Shown: positions 49,134 to 63,505, counted from the stretch's first letter. The stretch is DNA of 64,000 nucleotides from Paraspadella gotoi (GCA_051294375.1 CM119263.1:2550182-2614181), one strand, 5' to 3'. Program-made: numbers and translations. Notes: generated by a model not told the origin, from the letters alone.

Positions 49134-51018
49134 ACGCCGGCCGTCGTCCTTCCTCCAATCATGTACGGCGTAACAATAACTTTTCGCAATCGCCATCGTG
49201 CGCCGGATTTCTTTTGGCGAAGTCGTGACCCTTTGGTCGGAAGGGAGGACGATGGAAATAAACTGACCACCAAGACGCAGACCATTGAGGTACGCAGAAT
49301 CTAATCCTTGGAGCAGAATAACTAATCCTTGGAGCTTAGGTCCAACTTATTCTCCCTTCGTGTTTTTCGTATCGCACTTAATTTTGTTCCCAACCTACGT
49401 ACCTACTTCTCCCAGGCGGAGGATCAACCTCAACGATTTCAAGGGCAAAAAATGACTCCGATTCGTCAGGAAAAAATGTACACGAGGTAAGTATTTTAAC
49501 TTGGGTTTATTTGAAATATTTGTATGACTTTTTTATATTCATTTTGTTTTTCTTTTCGTTATGTTTGAGATTACATAGACGTTCTTTTAACAACGGCAAT
49601 ATTTTTATTCTTCAATGTTTTAAACAATCTCAACTTTACCCAAACATTTTTTAAAATATTTCTTGCAGTCGCTCCCAAGAATTCGGGGGAAGAAAATTAT
49701 ATTTTTTTGGAAACGATTACGCTCAAAGTTCAAAAAGGTAAGGTAGGCAATGAGGGTGAGGTAGTTCATTAAATTAAATGTTCATTTTTTTAAAAATCTT
49801 CTCAGTGAAAAGAAATTAAAGTGTCGGTGCTGGAATAAGCCGGGAATGCCGAAAAGTATAGAGAAAAGAAAGCCGGGTAAGTTCCGTAACGAGGAATTTA
49901 TACTCCTTACCTTTTCATCTTCTCTATTTTCAATTTTCTCAGCTCCAAGTTGCTCGCGACTTCTCAACGACGAAATCGTGAGCAAAGACATCGAATCCCA
50001 ACCTCTCTCCCAACGACGTCGACTCCGTCAAGTCACTTACCACGAGCAAGTCGGATTTAAGGGTCCTTCCTTCAACGGGCTGAGTTCCGTCAGGTCCCCC
50101 AAACTTCCTTACTGCATGAGAAGAGCCGAGGTTAGTCACGATTGCTTCGTCTCGTTTTCTATCTTCTATTTACGGAATCAACCAAACACGTGATTTTAGA
50201 TCCATTGGCTCNNNNNNNNNNACTCGGGCGCCGATGTTTTCACTGACCGGTCGAAAGATGCCCGTTTTCCCGCCGTGCCCACTTCTCTCATGACCCGATC
50301 GAGGAAAGTAAACAAGATAGAGGGCGACACTCTCGACTTGAGCTCCTCTTTGTTCCGAATTCCTTCAGCCAAAAACAATCCTTCGATCAAAGTCGGTCGC
50401 GTCGAGGTTCGCTTCCTAATTATAAATTAATTATCAATAGTGGGGAGTCGATGACAAGGCTTTTCATTTCGCCTCATCTCCACAGAGCGACGCGCCCGCC
50501 AAGATGCTCTTCCTCCGCAGCGGTCGCCCGATTTCTGCCGTCGCTGCCGCTGACGAAACTAACCTGGAGGCGACTCGCGCTTCGACGGTCCTGCCCGATC
50601 ACGTGGGACGTCTCAGATCACCAGCGGTCAAGTACCGTCGGGCGGCGATTCACACTCCCTCCTTTTCACGTCTCGGCGTCGTGGAGGTTTGTTCAACCGG
50701 CGGTCCGGCTGTCATTGTATATCTGATAAATCTATTCTAAATTCTATTTTGGCAGAAGATCTCCGATGAGGAGCCGACGACTAAAGCAATGGGACCGGCA
50801 AGAAATCTACGGTTGGCCGTCGAACCAGCCCTCGACCACGGAGATTTTGCCATGACTGAACTCGCACAAGGTATTTTTGTTAATTTTTTTGCGTCTATTT
50901 ATACAATATACAATCCTTATACATCCTTTTTTTGGTAGGCGATTACGATATGACGCCGGCTGCCTTAAAAATCATTCAAAACATTAAATGTCTGAACGAC
51001 TTTCGCGGGAAAAAATGA
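49134..51018 (+). CDS. Uncharacterised multi-exon gene, copy 1 (~9 exons; 5' end uncertain)
   Basis: Chain of GT-AG-bounded GC-rich exons reading ...MYGVTITFRNRH / AEDQPQRFQ / RSQEFGEEN / ...DYDMTPAALKIIQNIKCLNDFRGKK*. One missing base at ~49806 is present in copy 2. No recognisable family. Confidence 0.65.
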
Positions 51019-51315
51019 ATAAATATTTATCATGACAATGCCAAAACTAAGTCGTTATTTGTATTTGTTACACTCAAATACTTTGTTTGTTATGAACAAC
51101 TCTCAATTATTGTTCAGAAATACAATTTTATTCAGTTGAACGTAGAATTAACAATAATTATTTAATTGTTATGGAATAGAAAATCAAATTCGGCTAACAG
51201 CTTGACTAGAAAGGCTCACGATGTTTGTTTTTTTTTAAATAATACTGACGTAAACAATAAAATGGATTAGAAAAATGTATAAGTTGATCAGTTGAAGAAA
51301 ACTAATTTGCATGTT

Positions 51316-53557
51316 TTACAATTCCTCCTTGCTTTTATCTGCTTGCTTTTCTTCGCTCTCCTCTTTGCTCTCCTCTTCTTTGCTCTCTTTTTGTTCCTCA
51401 TCAGATTCTTCCTCTTCTTCCTGCTCCTCCTCCTCCTCCTCCTCCACTTTTCCACCGCTCTCCAAAAATTTCGTGAGCGCCTCCAGAGTTCGCGCTCCCT
51501 GATTTGTAATTTATAAACTAAATACAACTCGAAACGAGTTTAAACAATATCGTAAAGAACAAAACAAACTCGAACCTTATAGTCAACGACGCTGCCGTCG
51601 GCTTTAAAGTATTTGATGGTAGGAAAGCCTTGTACACGAACGTCTTTCAATTCGTTCGCCGTCGCGTCCATCTTAGTGATTAAGATTTCTGTGTTATCCT
51701 GAAATAAAAATACAAAAAGTCAGGATTAGTCCCAATTAGCTAATCGAGACGCTCAACTCATTCTCGCCTCAAACTTTTCGGCCAGCTCGTTGTAGATCGG
51801 CTCCAGCTTCTTGCAATGACCGCACCAAGGAGCGTAGAATTCTACGAGGACATTTTTCCCTCCTTGGACGATAGATTCGAAGTTCGACCCGACGAGGACC
51901 TTGACGGGTTTCGCGTCCCAATCTTCCGGCAGAGGCGCGGCTTTGAGGTGGCGCTGTCGAGGAATTGCGTTCACTGTCACTGATCCTCTCTATCTTAATA
52001 GTATTCTTTGACGACAGTCGAACTTACCTCCACTTCACCCGCCAAAACTTTCGTGGCAAAAATTCGCAAATTGTCTTCGCTCAATGTTGGATCTTCGGGT
52101 TTAAATCGCTCAGTGTCGTCGCTGAAGTTTACGCTCCAAATAATCGGCTCGATTTTATTTCCTGAGAAAAACGAAATTCTCTTATCTAAAGATGAGTTAT
52201 TAAATCTCTTTTTAAATTTCAGTGGTTCACCTTCTGAAGGTTCTTCCTCGTCGAAAAACCGCAGTACTCCCGCGTTACTTTCTTTATCCGCGTCGATCCA
52301 CATGAACGACATCTTAAGCGAAAAAAAAGCGTAACATATCATAACATGGACCTGGAAAAACCAACCTCCCTTCATACCCCCCCACCACTCGCGCGAACCT
52401 GGCCTTTAAACTCCCAGGCGACAGTTTTAACGGTCGCCTTGTGATCCTCGATATTGGCCAGAGTCCCGGACATGATGACGAGCATATGCTTCTTGATGTC
52501 GGAGGCGAAGACTCTGCTGGAGGAGGTGTCGTCAAACTCCGCACCGATCGGCACCAGATTCCGCTGAAAAGAGAAATCGGCACAAGTTTTAGCTATCGAT
52601 CGAAAAGCTAATGACGGCGAACGTACCTTGACGAAAGATTCGATGCCTTCCGGGTTAAAAGCCTCGCTCTCAGCCAGTAAAGTGAATTTTTCCTCGTCGT
52701 AGTCAGAATAGAGAATCAAACCGGGTTTGTGCGTTTGCGCCTCCATGATCTTTTTGCGAAAACAGGAAGAGAATGTCAAAAACAAATCTTTCGTGACATA
52801 AAACTCAAAACATATTCTTTCACGATTTCGTAGTGATTAACTCACGTCCTTATCGTTCGTGATGGCATATTCCACGCTGTCGTCTATATCGGCCGCTTTC
52901 ACAAATGTTTTGACCTCTTCAGAATCCGGATTCGGAAAGTATCCAATGACGCAGGGAGACGTTGTCTTCTGGAATCTCTCCACCTGAGGGAAAGGCGGAA
53001 AGAGAGCGATTAAGAAGACAGATGTTTGAGCTCAACTAAAAACCCAAAATTATTTCACCTCAGCAGCCGTGGCAAGCAGCCTGGCCGGATCGCCCGTCTT
53101 CTTCTTCAGCCAAGCGATGATCTGTTCGGTCTCTCTTCCTCCTTTGAAGTCGCGAGGAACTCCGTTGACGAAGAACTTGATGGTGGGGAATCCTCTGACC
53201 TCAAACTGGCTTGCTAGCTGCTTCTCCGTAGTTGCGTCGACCTTCAGAGATGGAAACGTTCGTTGCACATATGCTCTTATTCGTAGGCGAAAGTCTCGTT
53301 AAAAATCAACTAACTTTGGCGAGGCGGATGTCCGATTTTTCCTCTTTCAGCTTCCGAGCTGCCTCCGCGTAATTCGGCGCGAGCGCTTTGCAGTGTCCAC
53401 ACCAGGGGGCGTAGAACTCCACCAGGATGTGTTGGTACTGAAGGATGGCATTCATGAAGTTCCCTTGGTTCAGCACGAGAACCTCATCCTCTTCGGGAAA
53501 TTCCTCCGAAAAAGTTCTCGAAGGCAGAGCGAACAAGAGAAAGAAAAAGATTTTCAT
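51316..53557 (-). CDS. P4HB: Protein disulfide isomerase (a-b-b'-a'), copy 1
   Basis: Signal peptide [12 protein letters not shown]; two [12 protein letters not shown] sites; [10 protein letters not shown]; [18 protein letters not shown]; KMDATANE; acidic tail ending in KEEL (ER retrieval). Confidence 0.93.
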
Positions 53558-55208
53558 TTTTTATTTCCTTTAAAAAAAAAAGGTTAATACAAATCTTTTT
53601 CTCGGTAAGATGAAGCAGAACAAGGTTTGTTTGTATTGTACCGTTGCTAAGCATTTTTCGTTCAAGATCCTCGTTAGTCTTTTAGTATCGTAGCTATGTT
53701 ACGACAGGAAGTGTAACCGATAACTTTACGTTCTTTGAAACAAATATAACTGAAAATAATTTAAAAGACTTTACCTAATACGCGTTAGTTTTTCTTAACA
53801 GCTACATATTTTTTCAAGTTATTCGAAATTATTAAAAGGCATGCGTTTGTGTTTGTTTACACACGCTTACTGCAAGTTTAAGTTTACCCGAAAAAAAAAA
53901 TGTAATTTCGAGTTTAACCGCGGTTTGGGAGACGCATAGTCTTAAGTGGAGAGGCCCGGCTCAGGATCGATCTGGATTTCATCTCAAGTACGGAGTCGCG
54001 CTTCAACAACAACAACAACAACATCTTCATCGGATTCCAAACAAACAAAAGAAGAGTTGAGATTAACGCACTTCTGGGCGCCATCGAGAACAAAGAGGCC
54101 CTGAGTTTAAACCCACCCTAAAGGGCAAAGGGAATGGATTTGTATTTAAAAACCGTTCGTTCCATGATGGAAAGATAAGTCGCCTCAACTTTCCTTAGTT
54201 TCAGGAGCTATTAAAACTTGTAATATAATTTTATTTTAAATTCTTTTCTGATTTGATTGAGCTATCTTTGATTCAAAATATAGGTACGCGGTATAATAAC
54301 AATAAAGCATATGAAACTTTGTTTAACAAAAAGTATTAATAAAATTTATTTGATTTAAGTATATAGTTATTAAATTATAATATACAAAAAGCGTAATAAT
54401 AATATTGTACGCCACAGTTGTACTTTTAATCATATTTTGATTAAGGTTAACTCATTTAAATGAGAAAAAATTAAAATTATTGAATATATAAATTAATTTT
54501 TTAAATTTTTTTTAAAAAAGCCTCATAATTGTTCAGTTTTGTTTCTTTTCCATCATTGTATGTTCTTCATCGAAGAATGTTAAACTTCTATTACAACGGC
54601 ACAATTCTCTCTCTCCTTTTTATTATTACTATTTTCGTCTTCACTATCAAGTTTACATGTTTGTTTTTCCCTAAACACAGTTTATTTATACATTCTTACA
54701 TCACCAGACGTAATTTGAACATGAGTAACGATTGAAATCCCGTTGTGCTATTAAATCGGAATAATGAATCATAATGATGACGAAGGCGACGCTATTATAT
54801 TAACGATTTTATCGAGGCTCTTCGGTCCTCGTTATCCTTATACAAATCGATTTCCTTTTATTTTCCTTTTCATTCTCCTTTTTTCCCCTTTTCGTCGAAT
54901 ACAAAATTTAACCGAATTTCGTAAATGGATGGATGACATCCGACGAAGCCGTATCTCAGATCGCTTGTCAAGATTTTTTGTCGTAAAATTCAATCAAATC
55001 AAACTATTGCATCCATTGTCAAAGAATTCATTGTCCAGTTACACGAAGATCTTTAAAGGTCTCGCCTATAATTGTGCTGGTTATAACTACATCTTATTCA
55101 TAAACGAATCAAGGAAATGGAAAATCGCTTTCTCAGAGAGTCGAATGGATAAGGGAGCCAAGGATGAGCTGACGCCAACGAAATTGCGATAACGAATCGC
55201 GTTTCCCA

Positions 55209-55239
<31 letters not shown>

Positions 55240-55582
55240 ATGAAACTCACCTCGATACGATAATCGTAACTCCGGGTTTCGGTCAACCCGACGACCACCA
55301 CGAAAGTAAAATCCATCGACGGTTCACCTCGACTCACCTTCCATTCAAAGCTCTGGTCCCACGTAAACCTACCCTGTCATTACGAATGTGGGGTCCGAAC
55401 CTCGCGTCGAATTATCGGCCAATTATCGATGGGACATCGAAGGCCTTTTGTTCGCGAATGACGTTTTCACGGGATCACAGACGAGACGATCGAAACGAGG
55501 GGGGGTCGAGGGTGATCGAAAAGAGGGAAAAGAAAAAGGAGAAACAATGGCGTCCAATTCCGAGACATCGATTTTAAGTGAG

Positions 55583-55583
55583 T

Positions 55584-55648
<65 letters not shown>

Positions 55649-55831
55649 CTCTCTCGCTCCTCTCTCTCTCTCTCTCTCTCTCTCACTTCTCTCTCTCTCT
55701 TTCTCTCTCTCTCCATCGTCGTCTCCCACTCCATCTCGTCAAGAGCTATTTTCCATTACCACCGGCGCCACGGACTACGGCAATAAATCCCCCCTCATTT
55801 CTCCCCCTCTAAATCCACTCCGCTCTTCTCT

Positions 55832-55902
<71 letters not shown>
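55583..55902. repeat. Two (CT)n microsatellite tracts (duplicated at 63507-63819)
   Basis: Seen directly. Confidence 0.95.
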
Positions 55903-55908
<6 letters not shown>

Positions 55909-56289
55909 TCTTTCTTTCCCTAAGAAGGTCAATTTTTTTTCAACGGAAGCGTTTGCTTGATTGTTGAAGCGATTGTTACAAGCTTCTTAGATACTAAATC
56001 TTTATTATTTAATGTCGCTTATCTTGACTAAAATTATTATATTATTTCTTGTTCTACTTTGAATCCTACGATTTCAGATATTCGTCAGATACTAGATACT
56101 TTACTGATACTAGTCAAGACTGCACGGCCTAGATCCTCCTTTTAACTAGACGCTAAAAAAAAATATTTATTTTTAATCCACTACAATGATGTCGAATTCG
56201 ATAACTACTCACTAACTATTAGTATAATATAGCTACTAGTATTAAACTATTATTTTAAATTTCGGACTAAATTGACTACGGTTTAATTA

Positions 56290-57133
56290 TTATTTATCTA
56301 TTTTGGGAAGTTTGACGAATTTGGTTGAGGATTCATCACACTTTTGGCCAAAGCCCTTTGAACCGTCCCACCTTCCGGAACTTCTTAATTTTTCTTCCAA
56401 TTTCTGTCCAAGATAATTTTTGATAATTTCATAATGTTATGTTGCTTATCGAATCTTACAGTCACATTGTGGGCTAGACTATTTCGACCTGATAGTCTTT
56501 CTTCATCCGCAGATACTCCGTTCTGTTCTCGTTGGCCTTCATCTCCAACTGCTGTTTCTCCTCGGCGTCCTGGACAGCCTTGGCGCGCCAGACTGCCAAC
56601 TCGCCCAGCATTGCCTGATTGTTGCTTGTCTTTTTCTAGTTTAAATTGAGCGGATTCTCATGACAACCTCACAATTAATGACAATATGTAAGAGATGATT
56701 ATTTAATATGATATCTAATGAGATTAAATTTCTCAATCTTATTTACATAATACATATTGTAGTGTTAAATGTAAATGAGTTCATTTTGATTTTGGAATTG
56801 AATACTAGTTCTGTTTTTCGGTTCTAAGCCACTATTCTGTATATCGAATATTTTATCATAAGATTTAAATATTCTCTAAAAATATTTACTGACATAATTT
56901 GTAATTTGTCTAAATTATAGTCACGACATAAAGGCACTCATTTAATCAGTATATAATGATAGCGATTAAACTTTCAGCTCACCCTGATCGTCCTGTTAGC
57001 GGCGGCCAACTTCTCGGCATCTTGTGGTCCCGGCAATCGCCGGATCATACGCCCTTGCTCGTCGACGAGCCGTTCCAAATCCTCCAAGCTCCTCTCTTTA
57101 TGCTCTACTTCTTCCGTCTTTCTGATGAGGCGG
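56290..57133 (-). pseudogene. CFAP58: 3' fragment (last 3 exons) of a CFAP58/CCDC147-like ciliary coiled-coil gene, cut at the duplication junction
   Basis: RLIRKTEEVEHKERSLEDLERLVDEQGRMIRRLPGPQDAEKL resembles the recalled CFAP58 C-terminus (RLIxKTEEV..RQPGPEAAEQL); next exons QAMLGELAVWR..EYLRMKKDYQ and KLEEKLR..LPKIDK*. Confidence 0.7.
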
Positions 57134-58953
57134 GTCCTTCCTCCAATCATGTACGGCGTAACAATAACTTTTCGCAATCGCCATCGTGCGCCGGATTTCT
57201 TTTGGCGAAGTCGTGACCCTTTGGTCGGAAGGGAGGACGATGGAAAATAAACTGACCACCAAGACGCAGACCATTGAGGTACGCAGAATCTAATCCTTGG
57301 AGCAGAATAACTAATCCTTGGAGCTTAGGTCCAACTTATTCTCCCTTCGTGTTTTTCGCTATCGCACTTAATTTTGTTCCCAACCTACGTACCTACTTCT
57401 CCAGGCGGAGGATCAACCTCACGATTTCAAGGGCAAAAAATGACTCCGATTCGTCAGGAAAAAATGTACACGAGGTAAGTATTTTAACTTGGGTTTATTT
57501 GAAATATATTTGTATGACTTTTTATATTCATTTTGTTTTCTTTCGTCATGTTTGAGATTACATAGACGTTCTTTAACAACGCCAATATTTTTATTCTTCA
57601 ATGTTTTAAACAATCTCAACTTTACCCAAACATTTTTTAAAATATTTCTTGCAGTCGCTCCCAAGAATTCGGGGAAGAAAATTGTATTTTTTTGGAAACG
57701 ATTACGCTCAAAGTTCAAAAGGTAAGGTAGGCAATGAGGGTGAGGTAGTTCATTAAATTAAATGTTCATTTTTTTAAAAAATCTTCTCAGCTGAAAAGAA
57801 ATTAAAGTGTCGGTGCTGGAATAAGCCTGGAATGCCGAAAAGTATAGAGAAAAGAAAGCCGGGTAAGTTCCGTAACGAGGAATTTATACTCCTTACCTTT
57901 TCATCTTCTCTATTTTCAATTTTCTCAGCTCCAAGTTGCTCGCGACTTCTCAACGACGAAATCGTGAGCAAAGACATCGAATCCCAACCTCTCTCCAACG
58001 ACGTCGACTCGTCAAGTCACTTACCACGAGCAAGTCGGATTTAAGGGTCCTTCCTTCAACGGGCTGAGTTCCGTCAGGTCCCCCAAACTTCTTACTGCAT
58101 GAGAAGAGCCGAGGTTAGTCACGATTGCTTCGTCTCGTTTTCTATCTTCTATTTACGGAATCAACCAAACACGTGATTTTAGATCCATTGGCTCATCCCA
58201 GTCAACTCGGGCGCCGATGTTTTCACTGACGGTCGAAAGATGCCCGTTTTCCCGCCGTGCCCACTTCTCTCATGACCGATCGAGGAAAGTAACAAGATAG
58301 AGGGCGACACTCTCGACTTGAGCTCCTCTTTGTTCCGAATTCCTTCAGCAAAAACAATCCTTCGATCAAAGTCGGTCGCGTCGAGGTTCGCTTCCTAATT
58401 ATAAATTAATTATCAATAGTGGGGAGTCGATGACAAGGCTTTTCATTTCGCCTCATCTCCACAGAGCGACGCGCCCGCCAAGATGCTCTTCCTCCGCAGC
58501 GGTCGCCCGATTTCTGCCGTCGCTGCCGCTGACGAAAACTAACTGGAGGCGACTCGCGCTTCGACGGTCCTGCCCGATCACGTGGGACGTCTCAGATCAC
58601 CAGCGGTCAAGTACCGTCGGGCGGCGATTCACACTCCCTCCTTTCACGTCTCGGCGTCGTGGAGGTTTGTTCAACCGGCGGTCCGGCTGTCATTGTATAT
58701 CTGATAAATCTATTCTAAATTCTATTCTATTCTATAGATCTATTCTACGGGATTGGTCTATTGCCGTACCACGGACGAATTTTGCCATGACCTGAACTCG
58801 CACAAGGTATTTATGTTAATTTTTTTGCGTCTATTTATACAATATACAATCCTTATACATCCTTTTTTGGTAGGCGATTACGATATGACGCCGGCTGCCT
58901 TAAAAATCATTCAAAACATTAAATGTCTGAACGACTTTCGCGGGAAAAAATGA
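57134..58953 (+). pseudogene. Copy 2 of the uncharacterised gene; 5'-truncated and frameshifted as assembled
   Basis: Lacks the acceptor seen at 49133; several indels; garbled exon at ~58730-58800. Confidence 0.55.
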
Positions 58954-59253
58954 ATAAATATTTTATCATGACAATGCCAAAACTAAGTCGTTATTTGTAT
59001 TTGTTACACTCAAATACTTTGTTTGTTATGAAACAACTCTCAATTATTTGTTCAGAAATACAATTTTATTCATTGAACGTAGAATTAACAATAATTATTT
59101 AATTGTTATGGAATAGAAAATCAAATTCGGCTAACAGCTTGACTAGAAAGGCTCACGATGTTTGTTTTTTTTTAAAATAATACTGACGTAAACAATAAAA
59201 TGGATTAGAAAAATGTATAAGTTGATCAGTTGAAGAAAACTAATTTGCATGTT

Positions 59254-61494
59254 TTACAATTCCTCCTTGCTTTTATCTGCTTGCTTTTCTTCGCTCTCCT
59301 CTTTGCTCTCCTCTTCTTTGCTCTCTTTTTGTTCCTCATCAGATTCTTCCTCTTCTTCCTGCTCCTCCTCCTCCTCCTCCTCCACTTTTCCCACCGCTCT
59401 CCAAAAATTTCGTGAGCGCCTCCAGAGTTCGCGCTCCCTGATTTGTAATTTATAAACTAAATACAACTCGAAACGAGTTTAAACAATATCGTAAAGAACA
59501 AAACAAACTCGAACCTTATAGTCAACGACGCTGCCGTCGGCTTTAAAGTATTTGATGGTAGGAAAGCCTTGTACACGAACGTCTTTCAATTCGTTCGCCG
59601 TCGCGTCCATCTTAGTGATTAAGATTTCTGTGTTATCCTGAAATAAAAATACAAAAGTCAGGATTAGTCCCAATTAGCTAATCGAGACGCTCAACTCATT
59701 CTCGCCTCAAACTTTTCGGCCAGCTCGTTGTAGATCGGCTCCAGCTTCTTGCAATGACCGCACCAAGGAGCGTAGAATTCTACGAGGACATTTTTCCCTC
59801 CTTGGACGATAGATTCGAAGTTCGACCCGACGAGGACCTTGACGGGTTTCCGCGTCCCAATCTTCCGGCAGAGGCGCGGCTTTGAGGTGGCGCTGTCGAG
59901 GAATTGCGTTCACTGTCACTGATCCTCTCTATCTTAATAGTATTCTTTGACGACAGTCGAACTTACCTCCACTTCACCCGCCAAAACTTTCGTGGCAAAA
60001 ATTCGCAAATTGTCTTTCGCTCAATGTTGGATCTTCGGGTTTAAATCGCTCAGTGTCGTCGCTGAAGTTTACGCTCCAAATAATCGGCTCGATTTTATTT
60101 CCTGAGAAAAACGAAATTCTCTATCTAAAGATGAGTTATTAAATCTCTTTTTAAATTTCAGTGGTTCACCTTCTGAAGGTTCTTCCTCGTCGAAAAACCG
60201 CAGTACTCCCGCGTTACTTTCTTTATCCGCGTCGATCCACATGAACGACATCTTAAGCGAAAAAAAAAGCGTAACATATCATAACATGGACCTGGAAAAA
60301 ACCAACCTCCCTTCATACCCCCCACACTCGCGCGAACCTGGCCTTTAAACTCCGAGGCGACAGTTTTAACGGTCGCCTTGTGATCCTCGATATTGGCCAG
60401 AGTCCCGGACATGATGACGAGCATATGCTTCTTGATGTCGGAGGCGAAGACTCTGCTGGAGGAGGTGTCGTCAAACTCCGCACCGTCGGCACCAGATTCC
60501 GCTGAAAAGAGAAATCGGCACAAGTTTTAGCTATCGATCGAAAAAGCTAATGACGGCGAACGTACCTTGACGAAAGATTCGATGCCTTCCGGGTTAAAAG
60601 CCTCGCTCTCAGCCAGTAAAGTGAATTTTTTCCTCGTCGTAGTCAGAATAGAGAATCAAACCGGGTTTGTGCGTTTGCGCCTCCATGATCTTTTTGCGAA
60701 ACAGGAAGAGAATGTCAAAAACAAATCTTTCGTGACATAAAACTCAAAACATATTCTTTCACGATTTCGTAGTGATTAACTCACGTCCTTATCGTTCGTG
60801 ATGGCATATTCCACGCTGTCGTCTATATCGGCCGCTTTCACAAATGTTTTGACCTCTTCAGAATCCGGATTCGGAAAGTATCCAATGACGCAGGGAGACG
60901 TTGTCTTCTGGAATCTCTCCACCTGAGGAAAGGCGGAAAGAGAGCGATTAAGAAGACAGATGTTTGAGCTCAACTAAAAACCCCAAAATTATTTCAACCT
61001 CAGCAGCCGTGGCAAGCAGCCTGGCCGGATCGCCCGTCTTCTTCTTCAGCCAAGCGATGATCTGTTCGGTCTCTCTTCCTCCTTTGAAGTCGCGAGGAAC
61101 TCCGTTGACGAAGAACTTGATGGTGGGGAATCCTCTGACCTCAAACTGGCTTGCTAGCTGCTTCTCCGTAGTTGCGTCGACCTCAGAGATGGAAACGTTC
61201 GTTGCACATATGCTCTTATTCGTAGGCGAAAGTCTCGTTAAAAATCAACTAACTTTGGCGAGGCGGATGTCCGATTTTTCCTCTTCAGCTTCCGAGCTGC
61301 CTCCGCGTAATTCGGCGCGAGCGCTTTGCAGTGTCCACACCAGGGGGCGTAGAACTCCACCAGGATGTGTTGGTAGCTGAAGGATGGCATTCATGAAGTT
61401 CCTTGGTTCAGCACGAGAACCTCATCCTCTTCGGGAAATTCCTCGAAAAAGTTCTCGAAGGCAGAGCGAACAAGAGAAAGAAAAAGATTTTCAT
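59254..61494 (-). pseudogene. P4HB: Copy 2 of PDI with multiple frameshifts as assembled
   Basis: Same exons as copy 1, but 1-nt indels break the frame (e.g. ~59390, ~59850, ~60485, ~61340-61445). May be a sequencing artefact. Confidence 0.6.
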
Positions 61495-63134
61495 TTTTTA
61501 TTTCCTTTAAAAAAAAAAGGTTAATACAAATCTTTTTCTCGGTAAGATGAAGCAGAACAAGGTTTGTTTGTATTGTACCGTTGCTAAGCATTTTTCGTTC
61601 AAGATCCTCGTTAGTCTTTTAGTATCGTAGCTATGTTACGACAGGAAGTGTAACCGATAACTTTACGTTCTTTGAAACAAATATAACTGAAAATAATTTA
61701 AAAGACTTTACCTAATACGCGTTAGTTTTTCTTAACAGCTACATATTTTTTCAAGTTATTTGAAATTATTAAAAGGCATGCGTTTGTGGTTTGTTTACAC
61801 ACGCTTACTGCAAGTTTAAGTTTACCCGAAAAAAAAATGTAATTTCGAGTTTAACCGCGGTTTGGGAGACGCATAGTCTTAAGTGGAGAGGCCCGCTCAG
61901 GATCGATCTGGATTTCATCTCAAGTACGGAGTCGCGCTTCAACAACAACAACAACAACATCTTCATCGGATTCCAAACAAACAAAAGAAGAGTTGAGATT
62001 AACGCACTTCTGGGCGCCATCGAGAACAAAGAGGCCCTGAGTTTAAACCCACCCTAAAGGGCAAAGGGAATGGATTTGTATTTAAAAACCGTTCGTACCA
62101 TGATGGAAAGATAAGTCGCCTCAACTTTCCTTAGTTTCAGGAGCTATTAAAACTTGTAATATAATTTTATTTTAAATTCTTTTCTGATTTGATTGAGCTA
62201 TCTTTGATTCAAAATATAGGTATCGGTATATAACAATAAAGCATATGAAACTTGTTTAAAAAAAAGTATTAATAAAATTTATTTGATTTAAGTATATAGT
62301 ATTAAATTATAATATACAAAAAGCGTAATAAATAATATTGTACGCCACAGTTGTAATTTTAATCATATTTGATTAAGGTTAACTCATTTAAATGAGAAAA
62401 AAATTAAAATTATTGAATATATTAAATTAATTTTTTAAATTTTTTTAAAAAAGCCTCATAATTGTTCAGTTTTGTTTCTTTTCCATCATTGTATGTTCTT
62501 CATCGAAGAATGTTAAACTTCTATTACAACGGCACAATTCTCTCTCTCCTTTTTTATTATTACTATTTTCGTCTTCACTATCAAGTTTACATGTTTGTTT
62601 TTCCCTAAACACAGTTTATTTATACATTCTTACATCACCAGACGTAATTTGAACATGAGTAACGATTGAAATCCCGTTGTGCTATTAAATCGGAATAATG
62701 AATCATAATGATGACGAAGGCGACGCTATTATATTAACGATTTTATCGAGGCTCTTCGGTCCTCGTTATCCTTATACAAATCGATTTCCTTTTATTTTCC
62801 TTTTCATTCTCCTTTTTTCCCCTTTTCGTTCGAATACAAAATTTAACCGAATTTCGTAAATGGATGGATGACATCCGACGAAGCCGTATCTCAGATCGCT
62901 TGTCAAGATTTTTTGTCGTAAAATTCAATCAATCAAACTATTGCATCCATTGTCAAAGAATTCATTGTCCAGTTACACGAAGGTCTTTAAAGGTCTCGCC
63001 TATAATTGTGCTGGTTATAACTACATCTTATTCATAAACGAAATGGAAAATCGCTTTCTCAGAGAGTCGAATGGATAAGGGAGCCAAGGATGAGCTGACG
63101 CCAACGAAATTGCGATAACGAATCGCGTTTCCCA

Positions 63135-63168
<34 letters not shown>

Positions 63169-63505
63169 ATGAAACTCACCTCGATACGATAATTCGTAAC
63201 TCCGGGTTTCGGTCAACCCGACGACCACCACGAAAGTAAAATCCATCGACGGTTCACCTCGACTCACCTTCCATTCAAAGCTCTGGTCCCACGTAAACCT
63301 ACCCTGTCATTACGAATGTGGGGTCCGAACCTCGCGTCGAATTATCGGCCAATTATCGATGGGACATCGAAGGCCTTTTGTTCGCGAATGACGTTTTCAC
63401 GGGATCACAGACGAGACGATCGAAACGAGGGGGGGGGGATCGAAAAGAGGGAAAAGAAAAAAGGAGAAACAATGGCGTCCAATTCCGAGACATCGATTTT
63501 AAGTG

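Larger units (their letters stand above)
49146..57133. repeat. Tandem segmental duplication unit 1 (7988 bp)
   Basis: gtccttcctccaatcatgtacggcg starts at both 49146 and 57134, and collinearity continues to the window end (64000 corresponds to 56083). Confidence 0.95.

Noticed and set aside
55388-55967. LS/ER-repeat ORFs (also 63316-63876)
   Set aside because: Translations of (CT)n microsatellites.
56978-57133. Apparent extra 5' exon for copy 2 of the orphan gene
   Set aside because: Better explained as the antisense of the CFAP58-like exon abutting the duplication junction.
58730-58800. Divergent alternative exon between duplicates
   Set aside because: Stuttered tattc repeats and broken frame look like low-quality consensus rather than adaptive divergence.
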